Assembly: GCA_965287045.1 (NCBI GenBank)
Contig: OZ336876.1
Location: 49,476,001-49,540,000, forward strand
Direction: 5' to 3'
Length of the DNA: 64,000 nucleotides
DNA from: Carcharhinus amblyrhynchos
Taxonomy: Eukaryota
Shown here: one piece after another, positions 23,811-35,225 of the stretch
Numbering within the stretch: the stretch's first letter is position 1
Layout: the number at the start of each line of letters is the position of its first letter
Program-made: the position numbers and the translations under genes
Notes under the pieces: generated by a model
Seen by the model: the letters and a program-made list of their open reading frames with translations, nothing else
Told to the model about the DNA's origin: nothing
Database searches by the model: none

Positions 23811-24107
23811 ATAGACTTCCTACAGTGCAGAAAGAGACCATTTGCCCCACTGGGTCTGCACTGACAACAATCCCACCCAGTTCCTATCCCCTATTTCGAC
23901 CCCCTGACACTAAGGAGCAATTTAGCTTGGCCAATCAACCCAAGCAGCACATCTTTGGACTACGGGAGGAAACTGGTGCATCCAGAGGAAACCCAAGCAT
24001 TCACAGGGAGAATGTGCAAACTCCATACAGTGGCCCAAACTGCGAATCAAACCTGAGTCCCTGCACTGTGAGGCAGCAGTGCTAACCACTGCGCTACCGT
24101 GCCACCC
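23811..24107 (-). mobile_element. HE1/V-SINE, near full length
   Basis: Reverse complement begins GGGTGGCACGGTAGCGCAGTGGTTAGCACTGCTGCCTCACAG; V-domain and CR1-derived tail present. Confidence 0.9.
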
Positions 24108-24678
24108 TCCATGACCTCCCTGCTAGCTTTGCAGCCCCTGCTACTGCCCTTCTCTTCCCAAATGTCTCTCCCCGAGATACTGGCTGTGGACATCTGGCCT
24201 CCTCTCCCTCCTGTCTCTCTCTTCCTCCTCAGAGAAGATCCCCCCACAATCCCCATCCGCTAAAATACCGGTGGCACTGCCCTGAGCACTAAAGATTCAA
24301 TGGGCAGAAAAGTTGCAACAGAATTACCAGGACAAAAGAAAATCCTCAGAACAAGGAAAACAATGCAAATACCTCACGAGAAACCAGAGTAAAAGTATTG
24401 TTACAGTAAACTCTATCCTAAGCTCACAGCCAACTCTCATGGCCAGTTCTGCTGCCTCCTTTTATCCTGCCTTTGGATGAGAAAACTGAATAAACAGGAT
24501 GACTTCCTACCTGTATTTTCTGTGCACCAACCTGAAAATTATACAGGCAACATAAAATTCAAATCAATTGGACTTTAAATCACCTGAACTGGCTGCTTGT
24601 CAACAGGCACACAGCTGGGTCCTGTTTGCACCTGTCAACTGAAGTGTCACAAAACTGTGCGGTGATGTCATGACACAT

Positions 24679-24960
24679 GGGTGGCACAGTGATTAGCACT
24701 GCTGCCTCATAGTACCAGGGACCCAGGTTCATTTCCCAGCTTGGATCAGTGTGTGTGGAGTTTGCATCTTCTCCCCATGTCTGCGTGGGTTTCATCCCAC
24801 AGTCCAAAGATGTGTGTTAGGTGGATTGGCTATGTTAAATTGCCCCTTATTGTCATGGGGACGAGCTAGGGTAAATGTTTGGAGATTGATCTGGGTGGGA
24901 TTATGGTCAGAGCAGAGTCGATGGGCCAAATGGCCTCCTTCTGCTCTGTAGGATTCTATG
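24679..24960 (+). mobile_element. HE1/V-SINE, near full length
   Basis: GGTGGCACAGTGATTAGCACTGCTGCCTC...TGTGTGGAGTTTGCA...GATGGGCCAAATGGCCTCCTTCTG...GATTCTATG. Confidence 0.9.
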
Positions 24961-27399
24961 CTCAATGTCTTCTCACACGATTTCACTCACCCACCCAAGC
25001 AATGCAAAATTCTGGCCCATGTTAACATTTATGAATAGGTTAAATGGGTGAAGGATAAGAGGAATAAATGCATTTCGTAACACATACTTGAAACAAGGCC
25101 TACCGAAGGTGTGGAGGATAAAGGTGAACAGGGATTGGTTAGCCTAAACAGCCTATTTCCATGTGTGTGCATACTGGACTGCTAAAAAACAGAGCCAATT
25201 GAAAGTTGCTTAAAGACTTCAAAAAGTACTGTTAGAACTCTGATTAGAAATGGAATTGGAAGTTGCAGTGTTATCAGAAATGATAATAAATGATGGTGTG
25301 ATGGGTTCGGATAAATATTTGATAAATATTCAGGGTTTTGCTTAATTGCCCTTGAAGGTCAGGGAAAGGCTTTGAAGAAATTCTTAGTATTTTATTCGTA
25401 CACTTCATGGCATGTGAAAGGGGCAGGCTTGATGGATCAGCAATCTTATCCAATATTTCATGTTCTCAGTGTCTAATCAGAACTGGCTCTATGTCACTGC
25501 CTTACCAACAGAGAATAAAGGAGAATCCTGTACTTTTGAAACACTCAGGTGGAACTGTGTTTTCCTGGCAATCATCCATACGTAATAAAATCCACTTTTG
25601 TCCTACATTCTTTAGAAATGGGATTGATTTCAAAAGTTGATTCAGATTATACCTCCCTCACCATTTTTCCTATCATGGCATCCATTCAATACCATTTTTG
25701 TTTTCTTATTTTATTACCGAATAAAAATTGTCCAGCATTGAAAAACTCTTTAATCTTTTTCCTGTTGTATATTGGCTCTAAAAAGATTAGTACAACATGA
25801 TATCCAAGTGATGCAGTGTTAGCTAAAAATGCCTGTGCCAAGGTTTCTTTGAAAGATGAAGGAAGTTTTACCCAGATCGTCCAATGCAATAGCTCAATTG
25901 AAGTCTCTGATATATGACATGATCCATCAAATGAGCTTAAAGCCTGTGGAACTCTACAGAGAGATACAGAAACCAAAACAAAATGCCCATTTGGTTAAGA
26001 AAAAAGGTCACAGTGATACGAATTCTATAAACCAGATTTTTGTGGACACGGGCCCAATCAGAAAATTATTAACAATGGTGAGCGGGACCAGGTTCTGGAA
26101 TTCCTATCTACATTGCCAATTCTAGCAATTCTTGCTGGCACCAGAAAAAGCTGTGAGTAGCAAGTCCACATGCTGCAGTCCCACCCTTACTGGCTCCACT
26201 GCAGGGTGTTAATGACAAAAAGCTTTTATCCACTTCAAGTCTCTTATCCTGTGCAATACCCACAGGCATTGAAAATAAACACTTCAAAGATCAGATTATT
26301 GAAAGCTGAGCGAGTATTGTCCCAAAGGCTGAGTTCTTGGAGTCAGCCAAGCATTCATAATGAGGTAACCCAGAAAAGGGATGTCTGACAATTTGTTCAG
26401 TCTGCTTTTTGATAGAGTTTCTGGATGGCATTATGAATGCCTGGCTGAGTTTCAAGAATGGCAAGTAGACTCACCCCTTAAGGTAATGTTGATATGATTT
26501 GCAGGGATGTGATAGTTGTTTGTTTGATACTTGTCATGCTTGGTAATAACCTGATAACGCTTTGAAGAGGTTTTTAAATGTGTGTCTTTATTTACACAGA
26601 TTATGAGATGTGAAGTGAATAAAAGATTTTGTAATTGATACTATAGATGGGTGTGATTGGTTGACAGCTTTTAAGAACTTGTAAGAAGAGTAGCTTTTAA
26701 GGAGATTTTGAAATGCTCCTGAAACTGAGATAACAGGCAGAATTGTGTCAGTTTCAGGAGTATTTCAGAGACTTGCAATTATTCTTTGGTTCTATACATA
26801 GTGAAGACTGGAGGAATAGAAGGCACAAGGTGAGGTGGAACATGAGAGATGAGGGGTATGAACAAGGCATAGGAGTATACTAAGGTGGGGTGAGAAACTA
26901 ACATTCACGATTAGAATTGAGTTGATGTCCTAGTAATGCACAACATTCCTTCCAGCTTGCTGACCTCATCATGTGGACTCCATTCTGCCCCAGCTTCCAC
27001 AGAATAAAAATATGGTGGAGGGAGGTCTCCTTAATGGAGATAGTTTTGTGGACTTTCATTTCCTGTCTCCTTCACGAAAATCCACACCTACAGGAGAAAG
27101 GTTGATAGAGAACAAGATTGTGGTTCGACACTTGCATCAAAGTTCATAAAAAACATGTGCTCTTCCTAAATATCAAAACTTCAGTGACAAGCTGGTCCTT
27201 AAGAGATTCCAAAAAAACTGATAGGAGTTGATTTATATCAGAATACAAACTGAAGATTAACCAAAAGATGTTGAGGAAATCACAACAAAATCAAAAACAA
27301 AATCATTTCAATTTAGCATTATAGACTTTTAAAGCAGTTTACTTGTGCTTGCTTTTCTCCTCCCCTTCTTGTCATTGTCACATCACCATTGATTCATCT

Positions 27400-28935
27400 C
27401 CTCTTGCTCCACAATCACAACCCAATACCACTACTTCCTTTACTGTTGTTCTTGTGCAGTTATCCTAGTCTTGAATTCCCCTTGAATAATCACAGATATC
27501 CCATATTCTTCTCTTGACACTCTCTAAATTGCCTATTGAGGCAACCTCTTCCTTCTTTTGAGCCATAATGCTGACTGCCCCACCCTCCTCACTCTTCACT
27601 CCTTCCCATTCAGTGTTCCGAGTAGGGGCACATTCCCTCAACAACCCCTTTTCAATTCTATTCTTCCCAGCTCCAAGTACACACCCAGCTTTGATGCTAA
27701 AAGATCAATCCACCTAAAATGCTAATTTACTCACAAACAATGCCCTTGCCTTTATGACCCTACTATGGATTAATGGGCTGATTTACTGGCTTTTAGTAAA
27801 ACTTGGCTTCTCGATTGCGGTATCTTTTCACTTGCTAAAGTCTCACCGCCTGCCTTTGTGATGATCATGTGGCTTGTATCACCATGTCACCCTTTAATTT
27901 CTTCCCTTAGAACATCTCACCTTAAAACTCCTCTCACCTTTTAAAGTGCAGGTGTATCACTCCACAAGCCTCCATCCAGATCTCTTCCCATGATATCCAC
28001 ATAGACTTTCCTACTTGTATTCACAGACACTCCCACTCCCCTTGCCTTAATCATTGATCGGTCCACTTCCTTGTAGCTACAGCTACCTACATTTCCTTCT
28101 GAACCATTCCTAGGGGGGTAAAATTGTCTCCCAAATCATTTACAATTGCAGACAAAGTCCTAACTTCTGTAGCTCTCATTCCCCCTGCCACTTTCTCACC
28201 TCCATCTTCAATGTTCCCACCACCCCCAAACAAACCTTTACTGTCTCCCATTTAGTTATTCTACTTGTATAGCTATCTTCCTTCTTTCAAATGTAAGGTA
28301 CATCAACTTGAGATCTGTCACACATAGGCAATAATCAGTCATCAACAGATCTTGTTGAACTGTCTCAAGTGCCACTGGGCTTCACTCTCTTCTGCAAACA
28401 TTGCCTAAGGCCTAAGACTTAAGGCTTCAGGATCGTCATAGAGCAAAAGTTATTTTAGTAATTTTCTTAACAGCTTCTTACTTACCCTGTCAGCTTGCCT
28501 GCCTTCCTACAAACAGCACTAGGAGCTCATGAACCTTGCCACTAAGACTAAGACATTCTATTCAGCACTCATTGATGCTCTTGCCCCCATTCCCCAGGCC
28601 AAACATTGTCCTATATGCTTAATCCATATCTCTGTCCCAATTACCCTTGTGTCCTTTTCTAGCCAAGGGTCCCAGCTCCTTGACTCTACTTCCACTGTCC
28701 CTTTTGGACTTCATGTTAGCTGATATTGTAAATGGTTCCATCATCTGAGATACCACCCCCTTCACTTAAAACAAAATCTTCGATCCATGCCAACTACTCC
28801 AGTTCCAAACTTTATTTTCTCCTTGAAGATGTCAACCTTTTTTACCCTGTGGTTATTGACCCAGTCACAGCACTGATAACCAAAGTCACAAATGATATTG
28901 TTCATGGCTGTGACATTGACTGCATTATCTTAAAA
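27400..28935 (+). mobile_element. Highly degenerate L2-type LINE fragments
   Basis: Pyrimidine-rich strand bias; TALITKVTNDIVHGCD at ~28865 is homologous to the RT motif at 11835. Confidence 0.5.
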
Positions 28936-29023
28936 AAGTCGACACTTCTTTTCTGTGATTCAAAAGTTATTTTTTCTACAATGAGGGTTATAGGCAGCAC
29001 TCTAATTGTGGCGTGACAAATAG

Positions 29024-29649
29024 AACATAGAACATAACAGCACAGAACAGGCCCTTCGGCCCACGATGTTGCGCCGACCAGTTAAAAAGCAATGACCCTC
29101 TAACCTAAACCAAACCCTTTCCATCCATAAACCTATCCACGGATCTCTTAAACGCCCCCAGACTAGGCGCATTTACAACTGCAGCAGGCAGGGCATTCCA
29201 ATCCCTCACCACCCTCTGGGTAAAGAACCTACCCCTGACATCCGTCCTATAACTACCACCCCTTAATTTAAAGCTATGCCCCCTCGTGCTAGCTTTCTCC
29301 ATCCGAGGAAAAAGGCTATCACTGTCCACCCTATCTAAACCTCTAATCATCTTATATGTTTCAATAAGGTCCCCTCTTAGCCGCCTTCTTTCTAACGAAA
29401 ACAACCTCAAATCCCTCAGTCTCTCCTCATAGGATCTCCCCACCATACCAGGCAACATCCTGGTAAACCTCCTCTGCACCCTCTCCAAAGCCTCCACATC
29501 CTTCCTATAATGTGGGGACCAGAACTGCACACAATACTCCAAGTGCGGCCGCACCAGAGTCTTGTACAGTTGCAACATGACGCTGCGGCTCCTAAATTCA
29601 ATCCCCCTACCAATAAACGCCAAGACACCGTATGCCTTCCTAACAACCT
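29024..29649 (-). mobile_element. Young 5'-truncated CR1/HER1 LINE
   Basis: Uninterrupted 172-aa ORF2 C-terminus (LYKTLVRPHLEYCVQFWSP...RFFTQRVVRDWNALP), 3' stem GGGCCGAAGGGCC and (TTCTATG)n tail; possible AAATAG duplication at 29018-29023 / 29650-29655. Confidence 0.97.
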
Positions 29650-31079
29650 AAATAGCTAGATTCATCAGTCCTCCCCTTGCTTTGGTATCCAATGCCCTAC
29701 ATGTAAAAGTCAGAATATTATTTGCCCTTTCAATGTTTCTTTTTCCTATAATCCTGCTTTTAAAAAAAAAATCTGTCGCTATATCCTGGACTTCTGTTCA
29801 TTTGTCTGATAGGAAGAAATACAATCTCCAATGAGAGGGAAATATTCCGAACACCAATTAAAAGATGTTAGGAAAGTTGGCTTTTTTGAAAAAAAAATAA
29901 ACTAAACGAATGATTGTGAATTGTAATGGATTGATCACAATGAATGGGAGATTATGTTTTTAGCCCTGGCAACTCCCAAGACACAGCAGTGGGGTTAAAA
30001 ACCTAATTCCTCAATATAGTAAAAGCAAGTGACCTCCTATCAAAGCATTACCAATGAATTTCTTTTTTTTAAAGATAGATAAATCCAAGGTAGTGATGAA
30101 AAACTATATGAAATGACCGGCCCCCACCATTCCTTGCATAATTTCTACTGACAGAAATATGAAATTCATTGCATTCTTACGCAGGAGTGCCAATTCACCA
30201 CTGTTCAGTTTTAAATTTTATGCCCCTTCAACCTTTAGGTTCCTTTCTTGGGAAATATTGTTTTGCCTCAAGGACTAATTCAGGCCTAAGCTGCATGAAT
30301 CAGCGATATAACCTTTTCATAAATCTACTTCTTTCATCAGATGGTGCAAGTGCACTTTAACAGTTACTAATGGCACAAGAAAACTGGATTTGATTCATGG
30401 AAATTCAGGCCAAAGAAGGTTCTCAATAGAATTTATTTCTTCTATGGTGTTCTTTCTCTGTCATGGACTTGATGGGGCTCCTTCTGTATTGTAATATCAC
30501 TTTAACTGTCTACTTATGACTAATACAACCATCTGCATTCAGAGCGGAGAGCCTTCCACTGGGCCCTTTAGTGGCTCACTTGGACACTGAGGTCCCTGCC
30601 ACTGGTAACGTGCCATGATGGCAGTAAGATGTTGAGTTCCCCTCCCATGTCTATCCCTGCCCTATTACCAGCTTTTCTGCCCCCCCAGCCTGTTGCCATG
30701 CGACTGGGAAAAATCAGCCAAACATTTCAAGTCAGTGACCTTGCAACAAAATTGGAAAAGTTAAAAACGTAATAACTTAAGTAGCTGAAATGGGCGAAGA
30801 GTTTAAAAAAAAGGAACAAAATGAGAAGTCTGTGATAGCATGTGGGCAGGAGAGGTTTAATGACAAAAGGGTTCATGGTGTTATGCTAAAGGGAATGGGG
30901 CAGGCAAATAAACAATGTGTATAGGAAGTGTAAATAGAAGGATGTGTAGCTGCCATGCGAAAACAAAGAATAAAAGGGAAACAAGACAGGGGAAAAAGAA
31001 CAAAATTCAATAGAAACTTAGCACTGGTCTCATTGTATGTTGTGGGAGGTTCTCCAGCAGGTGTATGTTCATTTCTGTG

Positions 31080-32720
31080 AAGCTTAGATCCTGTTGTCGG
31101 GTAAGCAATGCTCTGCATTAGTGAACTAGACAATGATCCAATACTTGACAAAGTGATAACTGCTGTCAGTCAAATGAAAAGTAACAAAGCTTCTTGAAAA
31201 GATCCCTGAGGATGTACTGAAAATGTGGAGACAACAGTGATCTCTTGGATACATGCCCTGTTTGTGAAGCTCTGTCAGAATCATTTCAAGTGACCATAGA
31301 GATGCCATGATGATCACAATCTTCAATAAAGGCAGCAAGTTTAATTGTACTCACTACAAGGGCATAGCATTGCTCTCATTGGTTGACAAAATCCAAGCTG
31401 GATTATTCCTTAATCATCTTTTGCCAATTGCAGAGAAAGAGCTCTTATGAGCCCCAGTGTGGCTTTTAACACACATTTTAACTTCAGGAAAAGTGCAGAG
31501 AGCAGAATATCCCTTTGTACACGGATTTCTTCAATCACTCAAAGCATTTATCTCAATAATTGAAGGTGCTACAGCAATATCAATACCTGGCTAATTTCAC
31601 AAGCATCATCCACTGCCTACATGGTAATATGCAAATAACAATATTATGCCATGTTCCACTGCAGACCTCTTCCTTGTTAACAGGCATCAACACAGGCATC
31701 ATTGCACCAACACTGTTATCTTTCTTGCAACAATGTTGCAACTTACTACTGACACCCTCCCCACACATGAAGATAATGTATCACATTGATAGTAAACTTT
31801 TCAACCTTAATCGGCAGAAGACCACAACCAAGATAGCAACCCCTTCTATGGCAGGACGACAAGATACTGAAGTTGTATAAGTTAGTGCTCACACTGAATA
31901 AGAATGACAGATGGTTGACATTCACCAAAGTGAATAACAGCATGAAATGTGCCCTGAACACCAGCAAGATAAAGTCCTCTGCTCTACATGGCAGCCTTCT
32001 GTCCTTTAAAACAGTGGTGGTCAACTCCGAGTTAGTGTATTATGTGGCTCAAGAGCCCCATTCTGGCATGAAAGTCTCTGCAGCAGTCTGCAAACTCACA
32101 CCAAATATATCAAATTCAGTGCCTTCAACTGAGAAGTATGAGGAAAAGGTCCCTCACTTTCCATATCTTGGAAGCTGTCCATCCCAAAAAATTGACATTG
32201 ACGAATTGGTACACCATCAAATCCAATGTGCTAGCTCAGCCTCTGGTAAATTTTGTATAGTATTCGCTTTTGCAAGAATCATGTTATCAGACCTGACACC
32301 AAACTCAAAGTCCATTAGTCAATAATTCTCCCCACACTTCTCATCCATGCTGAAGCTTGTTCAATTAATAGACACTACATCCAACCTTAGAGCAAAATTA
32401 TCAAAGCTGACTTAGAAAGATATTCCAAATCAAGGAGGACAAAAGAACAAAAACGAGCATCCTCCAAGATTAAAGAGGGCATAATCAGGTGAGATGGAAG
32501 GAACATGTATTCAGGATGCCTGTCTCAAAATTGCCCAGACAGGTGCTCTACTACTCCGGGGGGCTAAGGGAGTGTTACAAAGAACATCACAAAGCCTCCA
32601 TGAAGGTGTACTTTATTATCAACGTATGGGAAGCAGATGCCCAATAACAAAAATGACGATTCATCATAATAGAAGTGTCAAGACCTTTCAATTAACGAGT
32701 AGTGTTTAAGGATTTGGGAA
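31080..32720 (+). mobile_element. Degenerate RTE-clade LINE
   Basis: DAMMITIFNKG...THYKGIALLSLVDKI...NHLLPIAEK...QCGF, LQEKCREQNIPLY, EKVPHFPYLGS...IDELVHHQIQCASSASG. Confidence 0.85.
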
Positions 32721-33929
32721 AGTTAACATGGCTAACAATTGAACTTGAGATGCAAAAACATAAGAGAAGTAACAAACTGATAGACATCAAGAGGAATAAT
32801 ATAAGATATACCCAGCAACAAGATTAGCAAGAATTTAGAGAACTTGAGGCGCAAATTGCCATATCCTTAAAAACTGTTTAACAGCGATCAGTGGATCTGT
32901 ATAATGAATGACTTCCAAAAGCAAGGGATTTGAGAGGCAGACAGCCAAATCCAAAGCAACTAAATGGTATAATTATTCATACCCTCATTGAGAAGTTATG
33001 GCCACGGAGCCGGTTTCATCTAGCATTTAGAGTCACAGCAGAATACAGTACTCTCCTCAAAAAGGTGCAGTTTTATACCTTTGCTGAACCAGCAAAACAT
33101 GTTTTCCCAGACCTGGTTACCTAATCTGTATTGTGTGGTAACTGAGAGCTGGATTTGACATATAGCATTAATAAAGTGGATGCCATTTGGGAAAAGGGGT
33201 GTCTTAATGAGTCCAGGGAATGTAGTTATTTTCTGGGAACATGAAGTAATTTCAAATAAAAGTGCATTCAGTTATTAAATGTACTTAAGTGTCATAATGT
33301 ATATTAGTCTTTCTTGTGTGTTTACTCTTCATTAATTGTTTATATAAAGACTGGACTGTTTTCTCACTGGGTTGTACACTGCTCCTTACATTAATCCAAA
33401 CCAATATACATCACTATAAACCAGCGAGCATATAACACTAGCAGTGTTCATAACCAGTAGCCACTGAAAGAGAACAAGAGAAGCAGAAGGAGGGTAGCTG
33501 TTTAAGCTAACAATCTGCCATCAACTCTACTCACCAACAGCTGATGTTCTCACTTTTGGGCAGCCTACAAGGATAATATGTGGCTATAAGCCATCCACAA
33601 ACACAGAGCCAACATTGCCATCTCACTTCCACACAGTAATCCAATAAAAAGAATCATTGTCTGCATGAGGAATTGATGATAGAGCGCTGGTGAGTTTTTT
33701 TCTTTTATCTTCTTCTTCACATTTGGACAGCAGCTATTCATTATCCTGCCAGACACACTTCTTCATATTTTGTTTCTTTACTTGTCCCATTACCCCTAAC
33801 TTTAACCTCACATCATGAACTTGGTTACTTATTCTCTCCTACTTTCCCCTTCAAGGTATCACACATCTTCCCTTTTATCCTTTGTCATCCACTTCTCTTC
33901 ACTTGCTCAAAACCTAGAAATTATTTCTA

Positions 33930-34075
33930 ATTTTGCCCAATTCTGATGAAAGGTCCCTGTCTGTAATGTCAACTTTATTTCTCTTTCCACAGATGCTGTG
34001 TGACCTGCTGAGTATTTTCAGCATTTCCTGTTTTTACTTTAGATTTACAGCATCCACAGTATTGCAATTTTGTAT
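33930..34075 (+). mobile_element. Penelope-like end (decayed)
   Basis: TTCTGATGAAAGGTC...GTCAACTTTATTTCTCTTTCCACAGATGCTGTGTGACCTGCTGAGTATTTTCAGCATTTCCTG. Confidence 0.65.
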
Positions 34076-34178
34076 TTGTGATTTATATACTTCAATTATC
34101 ATATGTTTATGCATAATCACAAAATGAAAGAAGGGAACAATGCGAGAAAATATTTTTTTCAAAAACATACAAATAAAG

Positions 34179-34184
34179 TTTATT
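34179..34184 (-). terminator. Candidate AATAAA polyadenylation signal
   Basis: Minus strand TGTGTTTTTTTTTGGTAAATAAACTTTATTTGTATGTTTTTGA followed by U/GU-rich sequence, at the end of a TE-poor block. Confidence 0.45.
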
Positions 34185-35029
34185 TACCAAAAAAAACACA
34201 CATTTGAGGCAATTTCACAAACTCCACATGAATGACAAAAAGATAACAAGATCGTTCAAATTACACAAAAAGTAATTGGCATGAAAATGTGAACTGCTCA
34301 CAGTAAAACCCAAAGGCTCTTTTCAAACATAGCAAACTGGCACGTGGAAAAGAGGGGTAAATAAATAAATTACTGCAGACAAATGTAATGCTTCCCAACA
34401 TCAGCCTGACTGCTTTCGTACTTTTGCTGTTATAAATGATGGACCTATAACAGTAAGCTTTCTCCAATTGCAAGAGCATATTTATGTCAGTTTGGGCCAA
34501 TTTTGTTATTTGTCAGTTTTCTAATTTCGTTATATGGCCATAGTTTCCTCATTTTATGATAGGTGATATATATCTCTACCCATTTTTTGAATCGTTTCTG
34601 TGCCATAAACAATTGTGCAGTTTCATTTCGCAGTCCCCAACAATCATCCCACCCCCTAAGCAGCATACTTCATATTCTCAGATACAACACAGAGGATTAA
34701 GCATTGGTTTTGTCTGGTCTTTGTTTCACTGTGGTCCTCATATATAACTGCACTTAAACAGCTTTCAAAACTTAACAGTAATCAGCAGAATAAAAAATTT
34801 GTTTCAACGTTAACGAATACGGAATTGTTAAGCATACTCCAAAGTCTGTACAATAATGATGAAATAGCACTCTACGAATTCATCTTTTACCCACCACTGG
34901 TTCTTTCTATAGAGTCAGATGTATAAATGAAATATTTAGTATAAGAATATATTTGCTGTAAAGCTGACATTTTGTAATTAGAGACATGCTTCCAATTTTA
35001 GTTGATGTATCTGAGGGAACATACTGAAG

Positions 35030-35225
35030 TGAGACAAAGGGCAAGTCATGGGAATATTCAGCATGCCTGGTTGCATCTGTGGAAATGGAAACATAGTCAA
35101 TGTTTAAGGCCAATGACCTTGCGTCAGAATGAGAAAAAGTTTTTCTCTCTATGGATGCTGCGAGGCCTACTTAATATTTCTAACATTTTCTGTTTTATTT
35201 CAGATTTGCAATATTTTGCTTTTTA
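35030..35225. mobile_element. Small inverted Penelope-like end pair
   Basis: GGGAATATTCAGCATGCCTGGTTGCATCTGTGGA... faces ...CTATGGATGCTGCGAGGCCTACTTAATATTTC; decayed hammerhead core between them. Confidence 0.55.

Noticed and set aside
24679-24745. tRNA gene (A/B boxes), likewise at 3250, 24050, 38952 and 50522
   Set aside because: Each is a SINE head with no complete cloverleaf; all but the isolated 3250 fragment continue into a V-SINE body
25872-25953. Exon candidate with strong acceptor TTTCTGTATCTCTCTGTAG and weak GTAAAA donor
   Set aside because: Phase-1 entry hits a stop within five codons and no partner exons restoring frame were found
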